From the NCBI GenBank assembly GCA_951406725.2, contig OX597816.1, positions 87,544,001 through 87,608,000 of the forward strand: a stretch of DNA of 64,000 bases, in the 5' to 3' direction. Positions 11,031 through 23,183 of this stretch are shown here, piece after piece. The notes beneath the pieces were generated by a model that saw only the letters and a program-made list of their open reading frames with translations, did no database searches and was not told the origin of the DNA. Each line of letters opens with the position of its first letter. The first letter of the stretch is position 1. Source of the DNA: Octopus vulgaris (taxonomy: Eukaryota). Both the position numbers and the translations under genes were made by a program.

Positions 11031-11652
11031 CATATGTTACATCCACTCTCTCTTTCACTCCACACACTCCTATTATGAGGGATAAGAGAGAGGACCATAG
11101 ATGAAAGAAAAGGCAAGAGAATATTGAGAGAGAGAAAGAAAGAGAGAGAGAGAGGCATTGAAAGGGTGAGAGGAAACAGTTGGATGAAGAAAGAAAGAGA
11201 GGAAGAGGTAAGATATAGTGTGGCTGAAAAGAGCAAAGGACACAAAGATATAAATAATAAAATAGTGAAATATAGGAATATAAATTTAGAAAGGTTAAGA
11301 GAAAGGGAAACAGCTGAGAAGAGAGATGGATAGATAGATACATATATAGATAGATAGATAGGAAAGTGGTTATTGGCCATTCCTCTGGTTGACCAGAATG
11401 TAAACTCTTAGCTTCAGTGTTGCCTTTATTGCTTTAACTCTATTTCCTTTTATTACTCTTCAGCAAATCCCCACTTACACCATCCCAACCCTGACAGTTC
11501 ATTAAATATTAATAGTTAAGATTTTTATGTTAATTGATATTAACTGACTTAGCTGTGTGTGAGTCAAGAGAGGTTAAACTTGGGACACTCTATATAATAC
11601 ATATGTCCATACACACACACCACACACCCACATAATAATAATAATAATTATT

Positions 11653-11683
<31 letters not shown>

Positions 11684-11821
11684 TTATTTATATATACACA
11701 CACATGTATGTATGTATATTTACACATATGCATGCAGGTGGTGCTATTAAGTTAGACATGGCCTGGACCAATCTTTGGTCGAAACATATCTAAGTTTATA
11801 TATATATTAAAAAAAAAAAAC

Positions 11822-12021
11822 TGTGCATTTAAACAAGTAAGAGGTGACCATCATAGGACACCTAGCATGCTAGAAGGAGTAGCCAAAATCCAAACCACTA
11901 TTAGGGATAAAATTTTTCATTCCCTTCGAAATTTATCCCTAATAGTGGTTTGGATCTTGGTTACCCCTTCCAGCATGCTAGGTGTCCTATGATGGTCACC
12001 TCTTATATGTTTAAATGTACA
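11822..12021. repeat. Long inverted repeat (~90-bp arms, 20-nt spacer)
   Basis: 11822-11911 is the reverse complement of 11932-12021 with few mismatches. Confidence 0.9.
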
Positions 12022-12153
12022 CTATATTTATTTTAATAATATATAGTCTATTGACTAGTTTTCTACATGCTAGGCCACTGGTAGTAAAAAATTTCTAAAA
12101 TGTTTTCTTACCCTGATATTTATTAATCATACATATATATGTATGTATATATT

Positions 12154-12336
12154 TATATTGTATTTTGAAATAATAGCATGAAATTCAATATAAAAAAAAA
12201 ATTAATAAATTCTTAAACCGTCATGTTTCATATATTTATATATATATTTAATGCAAAACTATTTTAGACATATATATCTTTGTGAGGAATTTTTTTGATA
12301 TTGAATTTCATGCTATTATTTCAAAATGCAGTATAT
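12154..12336. repeat. Inverted repeat (~50-bp arms, ~85-nt spacer)
   Basis: attttgaaataatagcatgaaattcaatat / atattgaatttcatgctattatttcaaaat. Confidence 0.85.
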
Positions 12337-12478
12337 ATAATCGCTCGTATTAATGTCTAAATACTTTATAGTATTAATATTTTTGACATTTTATCCAAAG
12401 AGCACTCATTATAAATTCAGTGTATAATATTCTAACAGAATATATTTAATTAATGATACATACATACATACATGCATG

Positions 12479-12597
<119 letters not shown>

Positions 12598-13276
12598 GAT
12601 GAGCATCTTAAGAATTGCAAGGATGCAGTGTACCCTATATATTCTATAAATGGTATTACACATGGTATTATATATAATTGCAAATTCCTTTTTCAGAACA
12701 AATCATTATCGAGTTTTAAATTTTAAATGTCAATGGCTTAAGAAAATTTTACGATTTTTTTTTTATAATGTTATTTATTATTTATTCGATATTTTCTCCT
12801 TTTCTTCCCTCTGTCCCCACAATTAAACTTATGAGTTTTGTAAGTGAAAAGCCAAAAAGAAAACCCATTTATCTATGCTGTTATGTTCTATAGTTTATTT
12901 TAGCATTCATGGATAAGTCCATACTAGAGCACCACCTTCAATGCAGACTGCTATGTTGCTATGTGCAGTCTTTTTGTCTCTCCTCTACCATTTATTTTGT
13001 AGACTAATTTGGTTGTTATTAATTTTTTTTTTTTTTGTCAAGTCTCTCATTGCTAACTGGTAAGTCAGCAATTTGGTGGATGCTGCTCTATTTAGTTTTA
13101 TAACCTCTTTCAAGCTGATTGATGTATTAAACAAAAGAAGAGCATTGATTCGCCCTTTCAATGACCCAGAGAAAACTATCATTAAATGCAATGTTATTAC
13201 CTGTCTAAATATGTTTGAGGCACGCCCAAACCAGGGCACAAACCATTCACTGTGTTTTGTTATAGAGAAAAGTTTT

Positions 13277-13630
13277 CAGGAGTGGCCGTGTGGTAAGTAG
13301 CTTGCTTATGAACCACATAGTTCCGGGTTCAGTCCCACTGCCTGGTATTTTGGGCAAATGTCTTCTACTATAGCCTCGGGCCGACCAAAGCCTTGTGAGT
13401 GGATTTGGTAGGCGGAAAGTGAAAGAAGCCCGTCGTATATATGTGTGTGTGTGTGTATATATATTTGTGTCTGTGTTTCCGTTCCCATAACTTAGCAGTA
13501 CAGCAAAAGTGACTGATAGAATAAATACTAGGCTTACAAAGAATAAGTCCTGGGATCGATTTGCTCGACTAAAGGCGGTGCTCCAGCATGGCCACAGTCA
13601 AATGACTGAAACAAGTAAAGGGTAAAGAGT
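13277..13630 (+). mobile_element. Family-A SINE, near full length (internal deletion)
   Basis: Head ggagtggccgtgtggtaag to tail gactgaaacaagtaaag. Confidence 0.9.
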
Positions 13631-13658
13631 GTGGACAAGTGATGTATACACCTAGATC

Positions 13659-13756
13659 AGTTTGCAGCATTACCTACCTAGACTGTGAGATGCCAGCATT
13701 CCAGAGAAATTGTCTCCTCTTCAGTCACAGACATCAGGCAGGTGATGCTGCAAACT
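13659..13756. other. 98-nt imperfect hairpin in unique sequence
   Basis: agtttgcagcattacctacctagactgtga pairs with tcacagacatcaggcaggtgatgctgcaaact. Confidence 0.6.
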
Positions 13757-14720
13757 ATCATGAAATTCCTTATCATTTTTTAAGAAACCTTCCACATAAT
13801 TTTGATCCTTTGAAGGCAATATTGGTAGATTTTAAAGAGTAGGCTTTGTTGCTCGCTGCTATTATGCAAAGCAAGCTCTGCCAGAATTTATATTTTCAGG
13901 ACTTCTGCCTCCTGATTTTAGAAAGAAGACCAACTACTCAGCTACAGTGATATTATTGGCAAAGGTATACAACATGATATTGGGATCTACTGAAGATAAC
14001 ATGGGGCCAGTATTCCTCATGCAGCATTGTAAAATGCATCTTGGTTACAGCTGCTTGAAGGCAAAAGGTTTGATAAATCCTTTTTTGTGAGAGTGTAAAG
14101 GGTATACAAGAATATGAGAGTGTCACCCATTCTACATAGTTTTCCTCTGTTCGTCAAAATTTAGTGCAAGAGCTGCCAGAATCAACTGCGCACATACTGG
14201 CAAAGTGTTTTATAGCATGGGGATACATGCATTCACAGTAGTTGAGTTCTCTAAATATATCTGACGTAAATAAGTTTCTGTTTACTGAAATTTATGTGAG
14301 ATTTTTGTTTTGGAAAAATTAAGTAATGAATAGAATAATTATTTCAGACAAGTGTTTTGATGGGAGATATTCACATTTGGTATTTATTTTCTCTTCTTGG
14401 CAGACTGGATACATTGATTCTATGTTAAGTTTTTTCCCTGGAGCATACGGTTTGTTTATCTCTGAAAATTAATTCTGTTATTGTTGTGTAACACTGGGTC
14501 AGCCATATTGAGTAGATTTATGATCAAAGGCATTCCAGCTGTGACCATCACATCTTGTTTTCAGTCAAAGTGTCTCTAGAATTTTATTATTCAATCTATT
14601 TTTTCATTTCTTTATTTTGACTATGTGCAATATGAAGATCATTTAGTTACTGTCTGCAGCAGATTTAGTGATCTTGTTGAGGTTCCTTCACTGACTTAAA
14701 TATTGTACCTGTCTGTTTGA

Positions 14721-14946
14721 CCATTTTGCTACCATATTTCTGTTGAGATGTTCTGCCTTTCTTTCAATTCATTTTAAGTATAACAAAAAAATTAATAAAA
14801 TAACTTGGTTATCATTAAGCTAGTGTTAGGAGCAAGCATAAATTGTGACTACGTTTTGGTGGAAGATTTTGATTCAGAACTTTTCAAAACAAGACATTTG
14901 TACTACAGAGCCGGAGGCGGTTTCAGGTGGGTTGATATCAAAAGGA
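14721..14946. mobile_element. piggyBac-type MITE (second family)
   Basis: Decayed TIRs ccattttgctacc / gatatcaaaagg; inverse copy at 60041-60235; fragment at 2969. Confidence 0.65.
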
Positions 14947-15558
14947 GTAATCAAATAATTCCAGTAGATATAAGCATGCCACCAATTATACTTCCATATA
15001 CTTATACTTTGAAGCTCATTAATACATTTTCATCATAATCTAATCTGATGCCAATTCTTTATCTGTTCATACTTTTATCCAATTACGCATATTTTCCTGT
15101 TTAGACCTCTATCTTATTATGCCTATTTTCATCATAGGCGTAAGGCGCTACCTTTACTGATCTGTAGATATGGATAAGTGAGATTATGCAATGTTCATTC
15201 ATTTACAATTATGGTTTTGACATGAAGATGTGACTTGACAAGGTTTACAACGCTGACCTTATATACATGCAGAAAACATGTATGAATTTATATAGTAGTA
15301 GAAACTTATAAACAGCTTTTTTGCTTAGCAAATTGTATTCAAAAGACATTTGCTAATTCAAGGCTACTATAGCAGACATATTTGCCCATGTTTAATCACA
15401 GTGTGATCAAACACTGAAGTAGGTGGATTTGCAGAAAACTTCTTAACCACACTGCTATGATTGTACTGATATATATATGTATATATGCACACGTGCATGC
15501 ACATACACACACATGCACGTATATAATGAGTATCTGTATTTTATGAATGTATACATGT

Positions 15559-15884
15559 GAAGGCACGTGGCTTAGTGGTTAGGGCATTCGGCTCATGATC
15601 GTAAGGTTGTGAGTTCGATTCCTGGCGACGCGTTGTGTCCTTGAGCAAGACTCTTTATTTCACGTTGCTCCAGTCCACTCAGCTGGCAAAAATTAGTAGT
15701 ACCTGTATTTCAAAAAAGGGCCAGCCTTGTCGCACTCTGTGTCACGCTGAATCTCCTTGCGAATTACATTAAGGGTACACATGTCTGTGGAATGCTCAGC
15801 CACTTGCACTTTAATTTCACGAGCAAGCTGTTCTGTTGATCATATCAGCTGGGACCCTCGTCGTCGCAACCGACGGAGTGTTCT
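15559..15884 (+). mobile_element. Full-length family-C tRNA-derived SINE with 24-bp TSD
   Basis: A box tggcttagtgg, B box gagttcgattcc; TSD 15535-15558 / 15885-15908 with one mismatch. Confidence 0.9.
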
Positions 15885-16205
15885 TGTAATTTATGAATGT
15901 ATACATGTACGTAATTTTCAATATATGTTTATGTGCATGACAGCATGAAAGGTATTCGCACAGATATTCATTACTAAACTCATACACAACATATGCATAT
16001 ACAACATTCAGTATATATACCCACTCGCATCTCATGTTCTCAAAGTAATCTATGTACTTAGATGTGCACATGTATGTAGATGTATATCTGTCTGTCTGTC
16101 TGTCTATCTTAGAGAGCTAAGATAGATAGATGGCTGTCTGTCTGACTGTCTATCTATCTTTCTGGCTGTGTATCTATTTATCTATATGCGTCTATTTCTG
16201 TGTAA

Positions 16206-16244
<39 letters not shown>

Positions 16245-16310
16245 AGTGTGTGTGTGTATGTATCTATGTATATCTATCTATCTATATCCATCTCTATGTA
16301 TCAATTTAGA

Positions 16311-16558
16311 TATACTAGCAGTATCGCCCGGCGTTGCTCAGGTTTGTAAGGGAAATAACTATAAAGCATTTTTAGAGAGTTATAGCCAAAAAATAGCAAA
16401 AAAATGGGAAAAAATGATGGTAAATTTTTTTTTGATAGTTAAAAAAGGTGGAGTTGCGTCCCTTACACAGTTTGTGGTTTGTGTTCCTGATTCTCGACCC
16501 CATGTCGAATGTATCGATTTTTTTCAGAACTGGGGGAACTTTTCAAAATTTTCGCTGC
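16311..16558 (+). mobile_element. Helitron/Helentron-like 5' fragment with >100-bp flanking duplication
   Basis: Start tactagcagtatcgcccggcgttgctcagg is characteristic of these elements; 16187-16310 recurs at 16556-16659. Confidence 0.65.
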
Positions 16559-18184
16559 ATCTATTTCTGTGTAAATATGTGTATGTGTGTGTGTGTGTGT
16601 GTATGTATGTATCTATGTATATCTATCTATCTATATCCATCTCTATGTATCAATTTAGAATATATATGTCTATATATGGAAAAAAAATGCAAGTATACAT
16701 TGAACATAAGTAGATCCAAGGATTTCTTAATGCATGCATGTGTGCATGTGTACACACACACACACACACACAAGTACACACGCACACAAACATTCATCTT
16801 TTCAAGAATTAGGGAAATACATTTATGGAAGCAGTTATAGTTCTTTAAGATCTAAATGGAAATACATTCTTAGTATCTAGAAATCTCTATTGCCTCAATC
16901 CTTTTCTTAGATTTTGGCTCCATTAATCGACAATCGACATCTGCAACAAACTGAAGGATCCAAGATTTTTTTTTCCTCCTGCTTCTCTCTAGTGTCTTAT
17001 TTTATTTGGTATATATGGTATATATGCCTGTTAAACTCAGGCATTGACCTAAATATCACTGTGTTTGTGCATGCGTGTATATATAGTATGTGTGTGTGTA
17101 TATATCTCATATGGGAAAATGGTGATATATGAATATTTATATACACATGCATACACACATGCACACACACACACACACACGTGAATACATGTATGTATTC
17201 ATATATGTTCATGTATATACATGTGTGTGCATATATTTTTGTATATACACACACATCTGTAATGATGATGATGATGATGTGTAAATATGTGTGTATATAT
17301 ACACCCACACACATGTATCCACTTATATATGTGTGTATGTGTGTGTCTACATATATACACACTCACATGTATATATGCACATGCCTATCGCTTAATTACA
17401 TTCTATGGTATTATTGTGCATGTATATGCACTTCTCTCTCCCTCTCTATCTGTCTCTCTCTATCTCTCTCCCTCTCTATCTGTCTCTCTCTCTCACACAC
17501 ATGCATACACACATACACATAGAGGGGGAAAATAGAGTTTTCCTGTTCTTTTAATCTCTTAAGTATGTTTTCCTCAGCCCCTCACCAATTCGCTGCCACT
17601 CAGTAAATCTACTTCCCAGTGACTTACTTACAGTGTTCAGCACAGTACTCTACTCTACTCTGCTGTACTTTTTACATTAGTAAAGCAATCTGCAGGCGTC
17701 TGTCTTCTACCTATTGGGAGGTGGAAGGACAGGGGTAGAATGTGTGTGTGTGTGTGTAAGAATGCAACATACATGTGCACATATTCGTATGCATACACGT
17801 GTGTACATATATTCATTCTAGATCTCATGTTCTCTGTATATGTCAATGTGTATCACTGCACATACGGAGTGATACACATTTCGCTGTGTAATTATGCATA
17901 TTTGTGCTTGCATCTGCATGCACACACATGCACATACATATATACATATGTGTGTGTGTGTGTGTGTGTCTATACACACACACACACATAATTAAATGGG
18001 TTTGTATACATATTGTTGTGAATTGATACACACACATACATACACACATCTATGCATCCTCTATATAATGTTCCTGTGTATGTAGATACATGCATATGTA
18101 TGTATATATACATGCACATGTATGTATATATACATGCATGTCTGTGTGTACCAGCATGGAGGGTGGACTTCAAACCATGATGAT

Positions 18185-18217
<33 letters not shown>

Positions 18218-19039
18218 TACACTCACATATACACACATGCATACTTCCTGTTTCTCTCTATGCTCTTATAGATACTACCAAGTTTTTCTCTGTTGGTTGT
18301 GTTTCTCATGCTTTTGGTTTAACACTTTGAATCCCAACTGATATTCTATCTGAATTGCAGCCAATATGTCAACTGTTTATATCCCCTGAACAATGCTACC
18401 AGCTTTTCTTCATTTCCAAGACAATGCCCATCCATCAACCATGCATGTGGTTTGATACGAATAGCAAAGAACCATTTGTAAACGTTTCCTTTCACTCTGA
18501 TCAATTTTCAATAGCTCCAGGGCTTAATTAAGGTCTGCTGTCTTGGTTGTTTGTTGTTCAGCTCCAGGTCAAACCCGATGAAGTGGACAGGCATTCCAGC
18601 TGTGTTGAAAGCCATTACAACCATGACTATCTTGGTTGTAATGTAAGGGTTTTTACAGGAGAGTGTTATTTAATATGTACTTTCTTCATTTAAGCTGGTA
18701 AGGTGTAATTTTAGGAAGGTGATTTGGCTATTGTTTTGTACATTTTGAGCAAAGACTTAGTGGCTCTATGTAAGTTAGAAACAAATTTCCTACAAGGTGA
18801 GGATGGAGAGTCTTTGAAATAGATTAGAAGCAGAATCTGTCAGGAAAGGACTCTTGTCTCATTTAAAGAACTCTGTCAGCTGTCACAGAATCCTGTCCAA
18901 CGGTTCACTGACAGATTCTGCATATCATAAGTACCATTTCTTCACCTCTGTTATACACGAATTTAAGCACATAGAATTAAATTTATGAAATTGCATCCAG
19001 AACCAGTTATTTGTCGTCGTCTTCATCATTATCATTGCC

Positions 19040-19385
19040 ATTTTTTAACATCCGCTTTCCATGCTGGCATAAGTTGAATAGTTTGATAGCAGCTGTATCT
19101 ATTTTGGCATGGTTTTTATAGTTGGATGCCCTTCAACCACCCCACAGAGTGGTCTGAATGCTTTTTATATGGTACCAGCACAGGCAAGGTCAGTTTTGGC
19201 ATGGTTTTTATAGCTAAATGCCGTTTGTAATACCAACCACCTCACCAAATGGACTGAGTGCTTTTTATGTGGTGCTAGCACAAACAAGGTCAGTTTTGAA
19301 ATGGTTTTTACAGCTGGATACCCTTCCAAATGCTAACCACTTTACAGTGTGGTCTGGATGTTCTTTACATGGCACCAGCACAGTT
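19040..19385 (-). mobile_element. Family-E element with three tandem internal units
   Basis: ttttg(g/a)(c/a)atggttttta(t/c)ag(c/t)t.. unit at ~19102, 19194 and 19293. Confidence 0.7.
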
Positions 19386-19429
19386 TCTTGCTCATCTTAA
19401 TTGTAATTGTTATCATCATCATCATCTAT

Positions 19430-19625
19430 CATCATTTCATGCTTTCATGCATCACATGGAATTCATTGAGGTAGATTTACTAGGGTCAGATGCCCTTCCT
19501 GTCACCAACCATCCTCTAATATTTTGCCTAGGTTGGGCAGGTTTTCATGGAAGATGGAATTGGGCAGGCAGTGTCACTTGTAAAATGACATCAATCACAT
19601 TTATTACATGATGTCTTGATAAGGA
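19430..19625 (-). mobile_element. Older RTE-tailed short element
   Basis: cagatgcccttcctgtcaccaacc motif shared with 22040-22235, 28160-28420, 43470-43670 and 54220-54440. Confidence 0.6.
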
Positions 19626-19991
19626 CACAAGCATACCCACATTCCTGCTGAGACACACACACACAAACACACTCTCACACACAAAATAATGAAGGCAGCT
19701 ATATGCAATACAAAACCAAAAAGGAGAGCAAGAAACCTAGGGTAACCCCATAAACCGGCCTACCCCACAGTAATATTAACTGCTCTACATCTTACTGTGC
19801 GCTTCTCCTCCAGATTTATGTATTTCTACAAACGATATATATATATATATATATAAAATATGGGGGTTTAGTTCACAGGTGATTTAAACAATTAGGTACG
19901 CTAGGTAAGTGCTGTAACGGATTACTGGGGCTTCAAGGTTATAGCCGAGATGGTAGTTATGAAGCCATTGCAGATTTCCGATGCAACGGAT

Positions 19992-20391
19992 ATATAATTG
20001 TTAAAGAGGACAGCAAACATTAAGGCAAGGCAAACATCTCAATTCATGTACGTTATTATTATTGGAAAAAACTCAAAGTCTTACAGCTGTTTCTGGGATA
20101 CCCCAGAGTATGCGATATTCTGTCATTGGAAACAAGTAGGAAAAATGAGAAGATATAGATTAATGAAATGATGACATCTTATTCCTTTACTCCTATCCTC
20201 TATGTCATCAGTTCATTAATCTATATCTTTCTCATTTTCCCTATTTGTCTCTGATGATGAAATATCCCATACTCTGAGATATCCCAGAAACAGTAGTAAG
20301 ACTTTGAAATTTTTCCAATAATAATAATAATGTATATGACTTGGGAGGTTTGCCTTGCCTTAATGTTTGTTGTCCTCTTTAACAATTATAT
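19992..20391. mobile_element. Penelope-like fold-back element (~186-bp arms) with hammerhead motif in both arms
   Basis: 19992-20177 pairs with 20202-20391 around a 24-nt spacer; near (TA)n. Confidence 0.8.
20247..20302 (+). ncRNA. Minimal type I hammerhead ribozyme motif (partly decayed)
   Basis: Stem I gtct/agac; CUGAUGA 20251-20257; stem II tgaaatatcc/gagatatccca; GAAAC 20287-20291; GUA 20296-20298; mirror copy keeps GAAAC-AGCU-GUA (20082-20093, minus strand). Confidence 0.7.
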
Positions 20392-20414
20392 CTGTATATA
20401 CATATACACACATA

Positions 20415-20590
20415 GTAATGATGGGCACTTTTTTCAGTTTCTATCTACCACATCCGCTCACAAAAAAGGCTGTGGCAATCTAGAGCTGTAATAGAAAGAT
20501 GCTTGCCCAAAGTGCCATGTAATGGGGACTGAACCTGAAAACCACATGGTTCCAAAGTGTGCTTCTAAGCCACACTGCCATGCCTGTTCC
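20415..20590 (-). mobile_element. Decayed family-A SINE 5' half
   Basis: gggactgaacc...accacatgg...ccacactgcca. Confidence 0.7.
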
Positions 20591-21487
20591 TATAACATAA
20601 ATAAAATACAAAGTGTGGCTTTATCCTCATTTCTGGTGGAAACTGACTGATTTCTGGCACAAAGAAACATTACTTTGTGTGAAAGGATGTGGTGGCTGTG
20701 GTGGGGAGGTACAGGAGGATGGTGAGGAAGTTGAGGAGGATGGTGATTTATAACAATGGTAGTAGTTGTGATGATGATGATGAATGATCCACAGAGCTGT
20801 TAAAGTGATGCTGGTGATGTTGATAATTCTAGCAGTGGTGATTTTGTAGCCTGATGATAATACTGATGATGATGATGGTAGACTGGTGCAGTCTACTAGC
20901 TTGCCAGTCTTCAGTTCTTCATGGAAAGCAGGCATTAAATGATGATGATGATTCTTATTAGATGCTGAGTTAAACAAGATAAAATGAGAGCTGGTGTTGA
21001 TGGTGCATAATATTGTTGTTGCTGTTGTTGTTTAACTCAAACAATATGGTGGCTCACACAAACCTTTAACTAGGAGGTATTTTTTTTTTGTTATAGTGTA
21101 AGCAACTAGAACAATTTTTAAACAAAGTGAAATTTGAGGGAGATTTGACTGCACTTTCTAGCAGGCCAAGCATCCTCCTAGAAGCCTCCCTTGTTGGTTG
21201 CTCAGCATCATGGATGGACCCCATGTGGTAGGGATGATGGTGTTGGGTGGAGACATACTTCTTTCTCCCCCCCTCCTTTAGCATGCCCCCACCCATTTCC
21301 CCTGCAGTCCCTTTGTTTATATAAGGTGCCAGCCATTCCACCAAAATCAACAACTTCCTGTTTACAAAATACATCTGATTCCTTTTCCTGATGGACTTTC
21401 AATGTCACACACTGAATGAAATACATTAAGCTTGTCAGTGGTTTTCTGTATGTGAGGGTAGTTGTATGTATTTCTGAGCCATTGTGA

Positions 21488-21518
<31 letters not shown>

Positions 21519-22769
21519 TGGTAGTGGCAGTGGAGATATATGTTTATATTATTGGCAGTACATGTATTTATATGGCAGTTATGTTATGTTTCATGAGTCT
21601 TTATTTGTATGGTTAAATGTTTGTGCACACACACACACACATACATACACACACACAGACATTCCTATTACATGTACACACACACCCATGTAATATGTTA
21701 TAAACATACATATATGTATGTAGGCTTATACTCTTTTGGTAAATATTTAATTTTATTTCTCCATGGACAGAAGGAATGAGATTAATAATATATACTACAC
21801 ACACATATATCATCATCATCATATCTGTCTTCCATACTGGCAAGACAGGACTGCACAAAGCTCCACTGTTGGCTTTGACATGGTTTTTACAGCTGGATAC
21901 CCTTCTTAATCCCCAAAATGTTATAGAGTGGACTGGGTACTTTTTATGTGGCACCAGCACTGGCAAGGTCTGTGTGGTATATAGTTTATATATAGCTGGA
22001 TGCCCCCCCCCCCCAATATATATTTACATATCTTCAACACCATCATTTAATTATTTCCATGCTTGGATCAGTCAGATGGAATTTGTCGAGGCAGATTTTT
22101 CTCCAGTTAGATGCCTTCCCTGTTGCCAACCATCACCTGTTTCCAATCATGGTAATATATCCCTACTAAAAACTAGAAATGAACAAAATTTGTGTGATTA
22201 TGATGCACATCTACAGCCATCATATAATGTCTAAGCACCAAACGTATTAACTGTAAAAGCATTGACTGATCTAAGCACTACAAGTATAAAAGCAAAAGTT
22301 GTGGTTTGTGCATAGCAGAGAAAATAAAATCCTCAAGTAATCAAGACTGGTTTTAAACACCAGATCAGAGATTCAAGGAAAAACAGACATTTCAAGAAGC
22401 ATCTATTACAGAATTAGGAAAGAGAACACTCACTGGATTAGAACCACACAAATGCACAAACATTTCATACGTTTTCATCAGCGATCTCTTCCCCCACTTT
22501 TGCACCGTCTTTCTTATTTCTGTCATTCTAGTACCTACTTTTCCTTCCAACATAGCTATTTTCTTCTCTCTTCATTGTTAAGTATGGAACCTCTTAATTC
22601 TTTATATCATATCTGTCCTATTTTCACAAAAAAAAAGAAGGACGAAAGAAATTCATATAAATTTTATGTGTATTGCATCCAGCTGTAGAAATCATGTCAA
22701 AGCAGACAGGAGAGTTTGGTGCAACTCTCTGGCTTGTCAGCTGCTGTCATAGGGTCCAGCCCATGCCAG

Positions 22770-22898
22770 TGGTGGGTGTGGTTGTGCGGTAAGAAGTCGC
22801 ACTGCATGGCACCTTGAGCAAGCATCTTCTACTATAGCCTCAGGCCAACCAAAGCCTTGTGAGTTAATTCGCTGGACAGAAACTGAAGGAAATCCATC

Positions 22899-22930
<32 letters not shown>

Positions 22931-23183
22931 GTGTGTATGCATGCATGTATGTATGTATGTATATATATGTATGTGTGTTTGTGTTTGTCCTTCCACCTTC
23001 ACTTAACAACTGATGTTGGTATGGTCATGTCCTCGTAACTTAGCGGTTCAACAAAAGAGACCAATATAATAAGTACTGGGCTTGCAAAGAATAAGTCCTG
23101 GTATCGATTTCTTCGACTAAAAAATACCTTTAAGGTAGAGCTGCAGCATGGCCGTAGTCAAATAACGGAAACAAGTAAAAGAA
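22770..23183 (+). mobile_element. Family-A SINE
   Basis: Head with deletion, internal (TA)/(TG) tract, tail gcatggccgtagtcaaataacggaaacaagtaaaag. Confidence 0.85.

Noticed and set aside
11749-11797. Hammerhead-like gacca-atctt-tggtc-GAAAC hairpin
   Set aside because: No CUGANGA box; at most a decayed vestige
14380-14430. 20-nt microexon after ttctcttcttggcAG
   Set aside because: Donor gttaag is weak and there is no supporting frame or context
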